Shown piece after piece: positions 1-16,765 of a stretch of DNA of 64,000 nucleotides. The DNA lies in the NCBI RefSeq assembly GCF_009914755.1, contig NC_060925.1. The stretch is one strand, 5' to 3'. The translations under genes were made by a program, and so were the position numbers. The notes beneath the pieces were generated by a model, which worked only from the letters and a program-made list of their open reading frames with translations, had not been told where the DNA came from and did no database searches. Origin of the DNA: the human T2T-CHM13v2.0 reference genome, Homo sapiens. How positions within the stretch are numbered: the first letter of the stretch is position 1; each line of letters starts with the position of its first letter.

Positions 1-1590
1 CATTACCAAATTGAATTTATTCCAGGCATGCAAGGTTGTTTGAAAATAAATTAATATACCACAGTAATAGGGTAAAGGACAAAAAAAATCAAATGGTCAT
101 TGCAATAGATGCATAAAAAGTATCCGTCAAAATCAAACCCCCTCAACAAACTAGGAATGTAAAGGTACTCTCTCAACCTGATAAAGAGCTTCTACTAAAA
201 AGCCCACAACTAATATCATACTTAATAGTGAAAGACGGCTACTTTTCCCTTAATATCACAAACAAGATAAGGATGTCAGTTCTTACCACTTGAATTCAAC
301 ATTGTACTGAAGGTTCTAACCAGGGCAAATAGGCAAGAATAAAGAAATAAAAGGCATTCACAGTAGAAAGGAGAAAATGAAATGATCTCTATTTGCAAAT
401 AACATGATACTATATATAGAAAATCCTAAAGAATCCAATAAAAAAAGTATTTGAGCTAAAAAATGGATTCAGCAAAGTTGTAGGATATATCAACACACCA
501 AAAAAATTTATTGTATTTCTATACACTAGAATGAATAATTTAAAATTGAAAATAAGAAAACAATTACATTGGCAAGAGCATCACAAATACTTAGGAATAA
601 ATTTAACAAAATAAATGTAAGGGTTTGTACACTGAAAACTACAAAATATTGTGAAAAGTAAACAAAGAAAATGTAAATAAATGTAAAGATATCTCATGGT
701 CATAGATCAAAAGTCTTAATATTAAGATGGCAGTACTCCTGAGATTGATCAATCCCAAACACAATTACAGCTGCTATTCTTGCAGAAATTGGCAATTTTG
801 TTCAAAACTTTATATAGAAATGCAAGGGACTCAGAACAGTCAGAATAACCTTGCAAAAGAAGAACAAAGTTGCATGTTGCACCCTTCCCTATTTCAAAAC
901 TTGTTTCAAAGCTACAGTAATCAATACAATATGGTACTGACATAAGAATAGACATCTATATCAATGGAATAGAACTGAGAGTCCAGAAATAAATCCTTAC
1001 ATTTATGGTCAATTGATTTTTGACACAGGTGCCAAGACCATTTGATAGAGAAAACAAGTCTCTTCAATGAACTATACTGAAAAACTGGATATCTACTCAC
1101 AAAATTATGCAGTTGGAACCCTTCCTCAAACCACAAATGATGGAGTTAGACCCCTTTCTCAAACCACACACTAAAATGAACTCAAAACAGATCAAACATC
1201 TAAATGTAAGAGCTAAAACTAATAAGAAAACATAGGTGCAAGTCTTCATGATCTCGGATCAGGCAATAATTTTTCAATGTCACACCAATAGCACAAGTAA
1301 CAAAATTTAAAAACGATAAATTTGACTTCATCCAAATTCTGTGCAACAAGTGATACTATGAAGAAAATGAAAACACAAGCCACAGAATAGGAAAATAATT
1401 TTAAAGACTTATATCCAGCACATATAAAGAACTCTTACAGTTAATAATAAAAAGATAAATGACCCAATAAAAAATAAAAAATATATACAAATGGAAAACA
1501 AATACATTAAAAGATATTCAACACAATTAGTGATTAATGAAATGCAAATCAAAACCACAATGAGATACTTCTTCACACCCAATAGGATAA
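1..1590 (+). mobile_element. Old L1 (L1M-type) ORF2 fragment, decayed
   Basis: L1 ORF2 motifs in order: 'tttattccaggcatgcaagg', 'gatctctatttgcaaataacatgat', 'caatggaatagaactgagagtccagaaataaa', 'gaaatgcaaatcaaaaccacaatgagata'. No long ORF. Confidence 0.85.
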
Positions 1591-1789
1591 CCACAAATCC
1601 TTGCTCTGCCAAGCAAATAATAGCATTATAACCTCAGTTTACTTACTCATAAAACAAAGATAATTAAACCTAACATGCAGAGTAATTTATAGGTTTTGAA
1701 AAATATCTGTAAAGTATTCATCTGAAAGCAAAGTGGCAACTTAATAAACCAAAGCATTTATATTTTTTACTTTTTATAGGTGACTCTAA

Positions 1790-2150
1790 AAGACTAGAAT
1801 TTATAGAAGTAGATAGTAGAATGGTGGCTACCAGTAGCTGGGGATGAGTGGGAAGGTGAGAGATAGACAGAACCTGACCAAAGAGTACAAAGCTTCTATC
1901 TGACCAAAGAGAAATAAGTTTCAATATCTATCCCACAGCAAGGTGACATTAGAAATGATAATGTATGTTACAAAATTACTAAAAGAATGTATGTTAAAAT
2001 GTTCTCTCTACAAAAAAATGACAAATATGTGAGGTGATGGATATGTTAATTAGTTTGACATAATCATTCCACAATGTATATACATATATCTAAGTGTTTT
2101 ACCCCATAAGTATATATTACTATTTGACAATTACAAATAAAAATTTTAAT
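1790..2150 (+). mobile_element. L1MA-type 3' UTR fragment
   Basis: 'atagaagtagatagtagaatggtggctacc', 'gtgaggtgatggatatgttaattag', 'aatcattccacaatgtatatac', then an A-rich end. Confidence 0.7.
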
Positions 2151-2557
2151 TTAGAAATTTTTTAAATCATTTATTACTATTGTTACAATTAGAAATTTGC
2201 TGAATACCACTAATACCACTCCACAACTATGGTATTAATATCCTATTTCAGGGTGGCAATGATAACAATGATGTTCTGAAAACATATACAATGGGATTTT
2301 TAATCTTATTGCAAATTCTGTGGCCCAAATTGAATTTCAACTAACAACTGTTGAAAACTATTTCCAATGGTTTTCCTTTTAATCCCATATGCCACCTACT
2401 CACAAAATTTAGCCCTCTCTGTATCTTCCCAATAGGAAGAACAACAACAACCTAGGCTAGAAAAAAGTGTTACAAAAATGAGCGTTGTCATTACATACCT
2501 CTCAGAATCACCAAAAATCAATATGCACAATTTCAGAGTACATGAGAAATCCCAGGA

Positions 2558-2588
<31 letters not shown>

Positions 2589-2969
2589 TATTTCCTGAGG
2601 CTAGACCCACCTACGTTATGGGAAAAGGTATCAGGAAGAAAAAAGGACTGTCTTCTCATTAGCGTCAGTGACATTGTCAAATATGAAAGCAGAACATTAC
2701 CTAAACCGTTATCCATCCCATTGATGCTTTTACAAAATATTCCAGAAAACAAAGGGAAATGTTTTCTGGATTACAAGAATAGCAAAATACAAATAAATAC
2801 ATGAAAAAATAAATACCCCAAATTCCATGATGCAGAGAGAATCCTCGCTACCATCTGAAGCTAACCTTTTCATATCTTTTTCTACAAATACTCATATTTT
2901 ACATGGCTGAGATCAAACTATGTATATAGTGTCACAGCATTTTTCTACTTAACATTTTATCTTACGGTT

Positions 2970-3715
2970 ATGAGCTATCTATTGCTGCATAATACAATTA
3001 TCTCACAATTTAGCACCTTAAAGTAAGAAATATTTATTATCCCACAGTTTCTATGGGTCTCTGGGACAAACACTTTTCTACCTTGAATTTCTGCTGAGTA
3101 ACAATATCTCTGAGCTTCTTAACAAGCTTCCATTGTTTCATTGAGAACACTTATTTTAAAGGTTAAGTATACCTTTAAAATATTTAGATGATTTTTATTC
3201 AACTTAGTACTCTGAAGCACCACCTTTCATCTTTCTGAGGTCTCAACCAGGGATTTTACAATCACATCCTCAGTTTCATCTCCAGACAAAGTTTTTCTAG
3301 AGTGCCCTGAATTGTATCTTTACCTAAGATGATAAATTTTAGAAACATTTGTCATCTATAAATACTGGACATTTTTTAAACCATAAAGCCCTGGATCCTT
3401 TATATTTAACAGTGCTTGCTTTAGTTTATCTCCCTTTTCTCAAATTTTACTATAGGTATCAAGAAAAAAAACAGGCAGTGTTTCCAACATTCTGCTTAGA
3501 AATTTCCTCAGCTACATCACTCAGTTCACTCAGTGCACTTTCTACTTTCTACATTACTGCAGTGGCAGTGTTGGTAAATTTTCCATCACTACATAACAAG
3601 AACCCTCTTTCATCAAGTTTCCAACAAGGTTTTTCTCATTTTCCTTTATGCCTTCACCTAAAGCCTTCTCAAAGGTAGTTTTGTTTCTATAGTTCCTTCA
3701 ATACTGTACAAGATT
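2970..3715 (-). mobile_element. MaLR (MLT1-type) LTR end plus internal-sequence fragment
   Basis: 'ctatctattgctgcataa...tttattatcccacagtttct' is a reverse MLT1 LTR terminus. 'ctgcttagaaatttcctcagc' is a reverse MaLR-internal motif. Confidence 0.55.
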
Positions 3716-3894
3716 CCACTGACACGCTCCCTAAGTCCCCCCTGTAACAGTGAAACAGGGGATGAAGCCCAGCCTGCATATAGCGACATTTTAAACATTT
3801 CGCTAACACCCTTGGAAACCAGCTGAGAAAAGAGAAGGGCGGACATATCACGTGATAAACTACAACTCAATCTAGACGCACCCTAACAAAGATT

Positions 3895-4873
<979 letters not shown>

Positions 4874-4899
4874 AGCCCCAAGTTACAGACACTTGGAAA

Positions 4900-5517
4900 A
4901 CCGCTTAGACATTCCACAGATCTGCCTTTACAAAGCACATAACTAAGTCTATATAATGTCAAGGTGATCAGCCAAAAACTGAACTGCACACTAGAACAAA
5001 AACAGAGGATAAAAAAAGAACCAAGAATTTCTACAAAAAACATCTACAATGTCCAATTTATAACAAAATATTTCTAGATATACAAAGAAAAATGAAAAGA
5101 AAAAAACTCCATCAATACAGATGGACACCGAGATGGCCCAGATTTGGGCTTTTGGAAACAAAGAGCATATTATAAATATCTTCAAATAACTAAAAAAATT
5201 TCAAAGAATAAAAGAATGAACAAATAGAGAATCTTATACAGAAAACTCAAATCTATAAAAAGAAACAAATGGAAATTATAGACCTAAAACTTACAATGAT
5301 GGAAATTTAAAAATTCATGAAATGGGCTGAAAAACAGATTAGAAACATCAGAATAAAAAGAAACTATTACAAAATATCTGCTCTGAATAACACAGAGAAA
5401 TTAAGTTGAAGAAAAGTTAACAAAGCTTCGTGGACGCATGGGAAAATAACAAGCATGTAATAAGAGTTCCAAACAAAAAAGAGACAATGTGGTAAAAAGA
5501 ATATTTTACGAAATAAT
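4900..5517 (+). mobile_element. Old L1M ORF1-region fragment (continues at about 7059-7960)
   Basis: A-rich, decayed ORF1-like sequence. It resumes after the inserted L1PA/Alu with 'aatccagaattctatatc', 'gtgaaatgaagac'. Confidence 0.55.
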
Positions 5518-6770
5518 GCCTGATTGCCCTAGCCAGAACTTCCAATAATATGTTGAATAAGAGTGGTGAGAGAGGGCATCCTTGTCTTGTGCTGGTTTTC
5601 AAAGAGAATGCTTCCGGCATTTGCCCATTCAGTATGATATTGGCTGTGGGTCTGTCATAAATAGCCCTTATTATTTTGAGATACATTCCATCAATACCTA
5701 GTTTATTGAGAGTTTTGAGCATGAAGCGGTGTTGAATTTTATCAAAGGCCTTTTCTGCATCTATTGAGATACTCTGTGGTTTTTGTCATTGGTTCTGTTT
5801 ATGTGATGGATTACATTTATTGATTTGAGTATGTTGAACCAGCCTTGCATCCCAGGGATGAAGCTGACTTGATCGTGCTGGATAAGCTTTTTAATGTGCT
5901 GCTGGATTCGATGTGCCAGTATTTTATTGAGGATTTTTGCATCAATGTTCATCAGGGATATTGGACTGAAGTTTTCTTTTTTTGTTGTGTCTCTGCCAGG
6001 TTATGGTATAAAAATGATGCTGGAAACAAATGAAGTGTATTCAAATAGGAAGAGAGGAAGTCAAATTGTCTCTGTTTGCAGATGACATGATTGTATGTTT
6101 AGAAAACCCCATCATCTCAGCCCAAAAAGTCCTTAAGCTGATAAGCAACTTCAGCAAAGTCTCAAGATACAAAATTGATGTGCAAAAATCACAAGCATTC
6201 CTATACACCAATAATAGATAAACAGAGAGCCAATTCATGAGTGAACTCCCATTCATGATTGCTACAAAGATAATAAAATACCTAGGAATACAACTTACAA
6301 GGGATGTGAAGGACCTCTTCAAGGAGAACTACAAACCACTGCTCAAGGAAATAAGAGAGGACACAAATGAGAAAACATTCCACGCTCATGGATAGGAACA
6401 ATCAGTATCATGAAAATGGCCATACAGAACAAAGTAATTTATAGATTCAATGCTATCCTCTTCAGGCTACCATTGACTTTCTTCACAGAATTAGAAAATA
6501 CTACTTTACATGTCATAAGGAACCAAAAAAGAGCCCGTATAGCCAAGACAATCCTAAGCAAAAAGAACAAAGCTGGAGGCATCATGCTACCTGACTTCAA
6601 ACTATACTACAAGGCTACAGTAACCAAACAGCATGGTACTGGTACCAAAAACAGATATATAGACCAATGGAACAGAAGAGAGGCTTGAGAAATAACGCCA
6701 CACATCTACAACCATCTGATCTTTGACAAACCTGACAAAAAAAGCAATGGGGAAAGGATTCCCTATTTAA
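5518..6770 (+). mobile_element. L1PA-type element with 5' inversion (5518-~6022 minus, ~6028-6770 plus); 3' end missing
   Basis: Minus ORFs give ORF2p RT peptides ([12 protein letters not shown]..., [23 protein letters not shown]). Plus ORFs continue with [24 protein letters not shown]. Confidence 0.92.
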
Positions 6771-7970
<1,200 letters not shown>

Positions 7971-10900
7971 AATATATGCATATCCATGTCTACATGGATA
8001 TATGTATGTTATATACATATATATGTTAGACACCTACTGTAAAATTTTCTGCCTTAGTGTAGTTCAATTCTAATAGCCCATTACAATTTCTACCAAAATT
8101 TCCACCTTCCATATAGTATTGTCTTCCCCAAAATCAGGTCATTTCAGTTTCCTGCCTATATCTCTTCAATGGTTTCCCAATACACATCAAATGAACCACA
8201 AACCCTTTACTATGGTCTATGAGACACTACATAATCTAATCCTTGTCTATCTTTATAGTTTCATCTTTTGCCACTCCCTCACCTAATGAACCTCTTTTCA
8301 GTTCCTAAAACAAACATATCCTACATCAAGACCATTCTCTGTGCTGTCTCCATCCCTGCCTTCTCACAGATCCCTACTATCTTTTAGGTCTCAGTTTAAA
8401 GCTTATCTCATGATAGAAGACTCTCTTAACTAACCTAAAAGTTTCTTTGATATCTTTATTACTAAATTCTTTCCCTCTTTCATAACATTTCTCACAACAT
8501 GAAATTATATGTGTGTTCATTAATTTCATATTGCATTTCTGCCACCAGATATTAGCTCTTTAAGGGTAGGAACCACATTTTTTTCACTTATGTACACCCT
8601 ACGCCTAGCATTATGTCTGAAATATAGAATGTACTCAATAAATTTGTATTAAATAAATGACATATGTAAATACCTACAACATAAAATTACCCCAGTAAAT
8701 TTTCTATTTATAAAATTACTACAAGAAATGCTGACAAAATTTGCATGCCCAGCAGCATCACGGACATATTCTCCTGGGTAACTTTCATCACTTGTCTTCC
8801 TTTTTATAATATGGTGGTATTACATCACAAAGTAACAAGAGTATAGTTTGAGAGAATTCCCACTAGCTTCGGGGGAGCCATGTTTATGGATCAGCAACTT
8901 ATAGATTTATTAGAATTTTAAAACTTCTCATTTTATATTTATTATAAAAAGGAACCAATTTAGCATAGCTTCCTGATAGAGAATATATTAAAAAAACAGC
9001 AGCTACACAAGATTAACAGTCCACAACTCTTGGTAACTGGAGAAATAAAGATGTACTCACTTAAACCAGGAGCAAATTATAGATTATATTATAAACCAGA
9101 GCAGAAGTATATATAAACTTTGAAGTGTAGTCAAATGGCATTTTGTGGAGATGAAAAGTAACAGAATGATTATGGTCTCCTAAATATTATAAATCATTTT
9201 GTGATTATGGAAATAAACAGAAAACTACTGAAAGCCAGAAGATAGCTGGGTGCTTTACACAGGTCCAGTGGCAAACAATGTATTTGCCTTTATGTATTTT
9301 TTGGTAAATAAATCAAGTCCTTTCTTTCTTACCTCAGGTTTTTATTATATTTCTTATGAACTGTTAAAATGCTCTTGTCACTGGTCTCCAAGATGCAACC
9401 CTTACTCAATCACACATACCCATCCAACCTCCAAACTGTCTCAAGGGCAATGGTTCTGGCAAAAAGGTAAGAGGAATATAGTAGAAATTCAGTAGGTATA
9501 GGCGTAAAACAGACTTAAGCTTTAAGTCAAGTAATAGGATATGAAGATTTGTTAGACTCATAAATGTGGGTAAATCTTTCTAGACTCAAATTTCTTATTT
9601 GTTTAATGAGAATAATAATATGCATTTCATATGGTTAGACTAAGGAGAAATTATTAGTGCATACATAAAAGCTTTTAATGAAAACACAAAATCATTATTT
9701 GTTGCATAAATGACTACCACCTAACCAAACAATGGAAGTCCATTACTCTCTATCCTCTTATTTTTATTCAAAGCACTCTTCATCACCTGATATTTAAATA
9801 TTTTTATGGACTATCTCCCACACAAAAATATCAGATCTATGAGAACAAGAACTTTGTCAGTTTTTGGTGATAGTTGTAGTCCCAGACCTCCAAACAGTAT
9901 CTGACATATATCTGGTACTCAAATTTCTGTTTCTAATTTCTTTGGATAATTCTTATCAACTACAAAATTAAGTTTAAACAGAATAGCATAGTGGGTGCTC
10001 TATCCGTTGATACTAAACGGATTTCTAGCTTCTCTGACCATGTTCCTCCATGTCTCCCAGTCTTTGAGCACACCAGGGTACTCACTTGCTTCCTTAAACA
10101 CAAAATAATCTGTTGGAGTAGAATAATAATAATAGAACTGAAGAAAAGCATACAGACTGCTGCTCTGAAGGTAAATTTAGATGGAGTGAATACCACAGGT
10201 GAGTTAAAGGAAGAACTGGTTGACATCCATATTTCTGGCTTGAGCATCTGCGTAAATAGTAGGTCTCAACATAATGATGGGGAATGGGTTCAAAGGAAAA
10301 AATCTAGAATTCTACTTTGGATCTCATTTTTTTTAATGTCTATGATAACACAAGTGAAGATGTTAAGCAGACAGCTGAACATGCAAATCTGAAGTTAAGA
10401 GGTCTAGGTAAGAAATTTAAATTTAGGAATAGTAAATTAAAAGGATGATAAAACAGAGAAAAGAGACTAGAACTGTGATCTGAGGAAATCTAACTCTTAG
10501 GATTTTATTAGAAGAGGATCCAATAAAAGAGATCAATAGGGGGTAGCATGTATGACTGAAGGAAAATCAGAAGTGTGAGTTATTGAAGAATCCAAAAAAG
10601 AAGACTGATTCAAGAAAGAGAGAAGTCTATGTTGAAAGCTACTGAAATCAATTATCGTGAGGATAGAAATGTGCTTTAAATTTAGCCACATGATGATCAC
10701 TGATGACTTTGAAAAGAACATTTTCAGGAAAGTAGTGAGTAAAAGTGGAAAACAGCTTGGCAAAATTGAAGAATAAGTGAGAATCAAAAGAGTGAAAACA
10801 ACATGACTGTGTTTGTCATATTTTGCTCCTTCAGAACACAGGCACTCTGCAAGTTGAAGAGACGGATTCTCACCACTAAAATAAAAAATATTGTCATTTT

Positions 10901-12300
10901 TTTTGCCGATACATAGAAAAAGCAATTTAATGTACAGAATACTCTCACTTATAAGTTCTCCCCATAACAAAAAATTGAAAACGGATTTAAGTTAAATTAC
11001 CCAAGATCTTCTCACAAAGAAGACAAGATAATTAATTTTGTATAAGATATGTACTTCAATTTACCTATGCAATTCATTTAAAATCAGATATGATTATCTT
11101 CATTTTAGGTGAGTAAATGATTTTCAGAGAGGCAGTAACTTGTCCAAAGTTACACAACAGTTGGTTTTAAAGAGAACCTAGGATTCCAATCATGTCTAAG
11201 AAAGTGCTAACACTTCTACTGAACAAAACTATAAATTAACTGCCACAAGTATTGAGAAATATTTGATAGAATTTTTACACATCTCTGTTATAATACATTG
11301 GATTTCAATTATTTACTTACAAATTTTTCTCTCCCCAACGCCAGTAAAAGTTTTGATGATAAAAGATTTTCTTCTTTATGTTTATAGACTCATGTTCCTA
11401 GCATAATGCATGACTCATAATAGGAATTCATTAAATAATTGGTTAAATGAATGTTGAATGAAAGAATATTTATAAGAACTTCAATTCAGGATATTTTCAA
11501 ATGTCCCAGGAGCATAAGTATTAATTCACTCATGGCTATTTCGTTTTGAGGTCTAGAAATTGGTGATGAGAATTCAATATAATTTACGAAATATCTGCTG
11601 GACAATTGTTTGTGTTAGGCATAGCACTAGATGTTGAAAAGTAAAGGAAATGAATTGGAAAATAATCAGACAAAATCTCTGCCCTTGAGGTCTTCATATA
11701 AAGATAGCAATACGAAGATAGGGAAATAAAAAAGGGAAAATATGATAAATTCATTGAGAAGAAGAAGAAAGTCACTGGGCTAAAGAAAAACTGAAATGAT
11801 ATTTTAAATGAAGAGAAAATATTAGGTATAGTCATATAAACTGGCCTAAACATAAGCATTCAGCTGATATTTAAAAAAAAAATAGAAGTACCATTCTAAA
11901 GTATATGAGGACTTTCATTTAAGTCTTTTATAAAAAGGAAGACATTAACAAATGGCAAGACATACTATGTACCCAGATAAAACTATCACAAATTTGCCAC
12001 TGCTTTACAAATTAATATATAGTTTCATATAACTCCCATCAGGAACTAAGTAAAGGTATCTCAATGATTTTTTTAATAAATTCACTGAAATATGTATCTA
12101 GCAAGCTGAATAAATGAGAAGGATGTAAAATTTCTGGAAAGGGAGGAAAAATCACTGGTGTCCTGTGTATTCCTGAGACACATCTGTAGAATTGTTACTG
12201 AAGTATTCCAGAGTTATGGCCCAGGAGTATGCATTTTCATAAGCACCCAAGATGATTCTAATTAGAAGATCTAAGGGCAAAATGTTATAAACCACAGACC

Positions 12301-12340
12301 GTGTGTGTGTGTGTATGTGTGTGTGTGCATCCATGTGTGT
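12301..12340. repeat. (TG)n microsatellite, interrupted
   Basis: gtgtgtgtgtgtgtatgtgtgtgtgtg. Confidence 0.9.
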
Positions 12341-12369
12341 CAGTAAGATATAATAAAGGGAACATCCCA

Positions 12370-13320
12370 AATCAGTAGTAAAGAGATAAATTTTTCAATA
12401 AATAATTGATAAAAACAGCTATTCAGAAAAATTTAAGTTAGTACTTCAGTTTACAACATATACCAACATAATTTTGATGAGGATTACAGAATTAAATATA
12501 TGGAATAAAACCATAAAAAGACTAGAAGAAAACTTGAGTAAATATTTTTCTGATTTGGAAGGATTAAACATAAAAGCAGTGAGAGAAAAGATACAATGAA
12601 TAATCAATATAATTGACTACATAAAATGTAAATTATCTTATGTGAAAATCATGATCATAAAATTAAAATATATCAAGCTAAGAAAATACTGGCCACAATG
12701 ATAACTAAGACTTAATATTCTTACACCATAAAGAGCTCAAATATACCACCAGAAAAACATTAAAACTCTAATAGAAAAACTGGGCAAAAGATATGAACAG
12801 GTAATTCAGAAGCAGAATAACAAATATTAACAAATACATTAAAATAAGTTTAACTTTAACAATGGTATATAGATGAGTAAGTAATGATTTTCCTACAGTG
12901 TTTGTAGAAACTTAAATTGGTACAATCATTCTGTAAAGTAATTATCAGCAGAGTTTAAGGGCTTAACAAAAAGATTCAGATCCTTTGAAATCATAATTAC
13001 ACTTCTAAGTTCAGTATCCTCCAAAAATGAGGAGAAATGAAGACAAAAAAATGTATGAAGATACCAAATGCAACATTATTAAAAATAGTAACACTAGTGA
13101 TTAAATGCTCAACAATAGGGAAATCACTAAATAATTCCAACCGCTTAATAATATTCTGTTACAAAGACTATTAAATTTATAATTTAAATTTAAATTTAAA
13201 ATTTAATTTAAATTTAAAATTATCTTTTTAAAATATTAGAAGACTTAAAAATTCGTTCATGTATAATAAAGTGAAAAGCACAAAAAAAATTACACTCTAT
13301 AAGTAATCTCAACCATTCAG
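12370..13320 (+). mobile_element. Highly decayed L1ME-type 3' region
   Basis: 'aatagaaaaactgggcaaaagatatgaacagg', 'taaattggtacaatcattct', 'taaatgctcaacaatagggaa'. Confidence 0.55.
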
Positions 13321-14121
13321 AAAAGAACTATGTTTCTGCTTTTTTCTATAAATTAAAAATAAATATGCAGGTTATTAGAATTTATTTCTAGGTGGTAGAA
13401 TTATGATTTCTAAATTACAGATTATTTTAATTTGCTTCATTATGCCTTTTCTATCTTTTACACATTTCTAATAATGAGTACATATTATTATTTCAATATT
13501 TAAAAGTGACTTTTCAATGGGTATAACTTTCCAGTTATGCAAGATGAGTAAGTTCTAGAGATCTGCTATACAACTATACAACAGTTTTCCTATAGTTAAC
13601 GAATTGCAGTGTACATTGAAAATTTGTTAAAAGACTAGATCTCACATGAAGCATTCTTGCTATAATAAAATATCTAAATATTTACCTTAGCATTGTGTTA
13701 TCCTTATAAGAAATAGGAGGATTATATTGTTCTTTCTAAAATTAGAATGTACTACATAGTCTAAATCTGCCATTTAATCTCCAGCAAATTTTTTATCAAC
13801 TTTCTATTCATAAAATAACGATATTAGTAAATCCTGCCAATTTCACAAAAATATTTTAAGAATTAATTAAATTTCAATATTCTGAGCTTTGGGAAAGAAA
13901 TTCCTGAATTAGCTTTCCATTAAAGTTGCACAAATCAGTGATGAAATTGTGATGCCTTGGCATTCAGTTTGTTCTCTTCTGATATTAAAGTTTCTGAACC
14001 TCAAAATATAAATGTTTATAGAAGACAAGATTGTTACTGTGCCTAGGATAAATAGGTACATTAGTTATCTTATGAGTCACTATCAGGAGGTAAAATGGTA
14101 AGTCTATATTTAATTTTTTGT

Positions 14122-14421
14122 TTTAGAGACAGGGTCTTGCTCTGTCGCCCAGGCTAGAGTGGAGTGGCAGAATTATATAGCTCAACTGTAACCTCAAACT
14201 CCTGGCTCAAGTTATCCTCCCATGTCAATCTCCCAAGGATCTAGGGCTACAGGTATGCCACTGTGCATGGCTAAGTTTTTAAAATTTTTTTGTAGGGATG
14301 AGACCTTAGGGTCTCGCTATGTTGCCTATACTGGTCTTGAAACACTGGCCTCAAGCAATCCTGCCAACTAAGCCTCCCAAAGCACTGGGATTACAGGTGT
14401 GAGTCACTGCGCAGCACAGCC
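14122..14421 (-). mobile_element. AluJ-type SINE
   Basis: 'gagacagggtcttgctctgtcgcccaggct'...'ctcccaaagcactgggattacagg', diverged. Confidence 0.88.
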
Positions 14422-14436
14422 TTAATTATCATTTTT

Positions 14437-14723
14437 CTTTTTTTTTTCTTTTCTTTTTTTTTGAGACATAGTCTCACTCTGTTGCCCAGACTGGAGTGCA
14501 ATGGCGCGGTCACTGTAACTTCCGCCTCCCGCGTTCAAGCGATTCTCTTGTCTCAGCCTCCTGAATAGCTGGGACTACAGGCATGTGCCACCACACCCGG
14601 CTAATTTTGTATTTTTAGTAGAGATGGGGTTTCACCATGTTGGCCAGGCTGGTCTCGAACTACAGACCTCAGGTGATACATCCAAAGTGCTGGGATTACG
14701 GGCATGAGCCACCTTGCCCGGCC
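14437..14723 (-). mobile_element. AluS-type SINE with 13-bp TSD
   Basis: TSD aattatcattttt at 14424-14436 and 14724-14736; two short internal deletions. Confidence 0.93.
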
Positions 14724-16765
14724 AATTATCATTTTTAAAAGTATGTACCTCTCTTCTCTGGGAGATATTCTTGACCAATAAAATGGCAAAAATGCATGTG
14801 GCCAGAGGGGGAAGAATCGAATCTGATGGATGATCAAATTAAGTAATTAAGCAATGGACAATGAAGGTTTGGTTATACTTATGCTATGAAGTGAAAATGT
14901 TATTTTACTCTTTATTTTTAAAATTAAAGATAACAAATCTGCCTCAGAGGGCTGTTTCTAATATCCAATAAGTTAAGCAGTGTTAAGAACTTAAAACACT
15001 GAAGTGTTCAATAAATGTAAGCAGTGATGGTGTCAGTTAACAGTCATCCTCATACTTTTCATAGTAATATACAATTATTAATTGCCAGAATATTTCATTT
15101 ACTCCATTAATGCATGCATTTAAATTTATCCAGTGGTATACATCTTTAATAAAGTTTAAAATCTTCAGCTTATGAGTTTTTAAAGATAAAACATAAAATG
15201 CCATTTTTATGATTTTATTGTCTAGTTTGATTGTTGAAGAATATAACCGCATTCCAAATGTTTCTCTATGAGGCATCTATTCATCTACTGACTGACATAT
15301 TTAATGTTTAAGTTCCTTTTATTTAAGTTCTTATTGCTTTCTTTATGTGGTTTGGATTGATAATTTAATATTGACATTTGCAATGCATCCAAAGAACTTT
15401 CTATATGACAATTGCAGTGTTATAGTCAAAAAGTCTTTGCATTAAATGTTTGTTATTTCATTTTCCAAACTCTGGAAGTATTTTATTTTATTTAAAATAT
15501 TTTCAGCATCTTTGTAAATTAAGTGTTAATCACCATGGAAAATGCCAGCATAGTTAAGTGTTTGGTTGCAGATAAAATCATATTAATTCTTCAAAATTAT
15601 AGCTACTTATCTTTTATTTAATAGCTAAGAAAATAAGAATGCCAAAATACAGTCAGAAAATAGAGAAATCTCTAGTATACCATCCACTCTCCATTAGCCT
15701 AAAGTAAAATAAAATAATAATAATGTTGCTATGAAACAATGGATTTAAATTCTCAGGAAGAGTATAAAATGAATTACTATATTAGTAGTGCACCATGTGC
15801 ATTGCAAACGTCTCGCTGAAGTTAATTTTCATTAAAAGCACCCTTTGGCCACACAGAGAGCTTTAAAATATATGACTTTCTCTGTCACTCTAATAATTAG
15901 GCCTACTTCACTATGGGAAAATAACATGTGATAATAACTTTATATGTCAAGGTTGTAAATCAAATTAAAAAAAATCCACAGACTCAGCTCTGGGAGATTT
16001 TCCAAAATACGTAAATTTCAGAATTGAAGTCCAACAGTTGAGATCCTCTCACAGAAATTATCTGTCTCTGAAATAAACAGTATCTAACTGGTACACTTAT
16101 TGTATCACTATAGTCCAGGGTTCCATGAATATCCTCATTGGAAAGATCTGAGAAAGTTGTATGCTAGTAATGATTAATGTCTGGGCTGTAGAAGACTTGT
16201 AGAGCTTTTAACAGTTGTTTATAGGAAGTGAGGGAGGGAAGAAAGGATAGTAGAAAGAGAGAGACAGATACATAGTAGAAAGAAGATAGATTTTAGAGTG
16301 AAAAAACAAGGGCAAAGGTATTAGGAAGTGAAAGGGCATCTTGATGGCATCATCAAGACATAGTGACTAAGCCAAAAAGATGGTCACATACCATATGACA
16401 TTATAAAAGAATTCTGAACTGACAAGACATTCTGAGTCTGCCTCAGGCGAGTAGTTGTGATCAATATACATTATCTCCTTGAGTTTCTAGTACTTATAAT
16501 GATGTCCATATGTTTGCCAAACAACTCAGTGCCACAGTGACCCAGATGGACACAGAAAATAAAATTATACCTTCCACCATTAGCTTTCTTTATGTATAGA
16601 TAAATATTGAGAGGTTTGCAGGAAAAAGAAGAGGGAGGGTAGGAGTAGAGAGGAAAAAAAGAGATCAATCCCTTAACTATAAGTAACATAACAGCTGTCA
16701 CTTCCATAGTATCTGCCTCTAAACAGAACTAATTTCCTTTAATTTTCTACTGTCTGCTTAGGGTA

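Noticed and set aside
9300-9340. Splice-like 'tttctttcttacctcag' motif
   Set aside because: No supportable exon or recognisable peptide on either strand.
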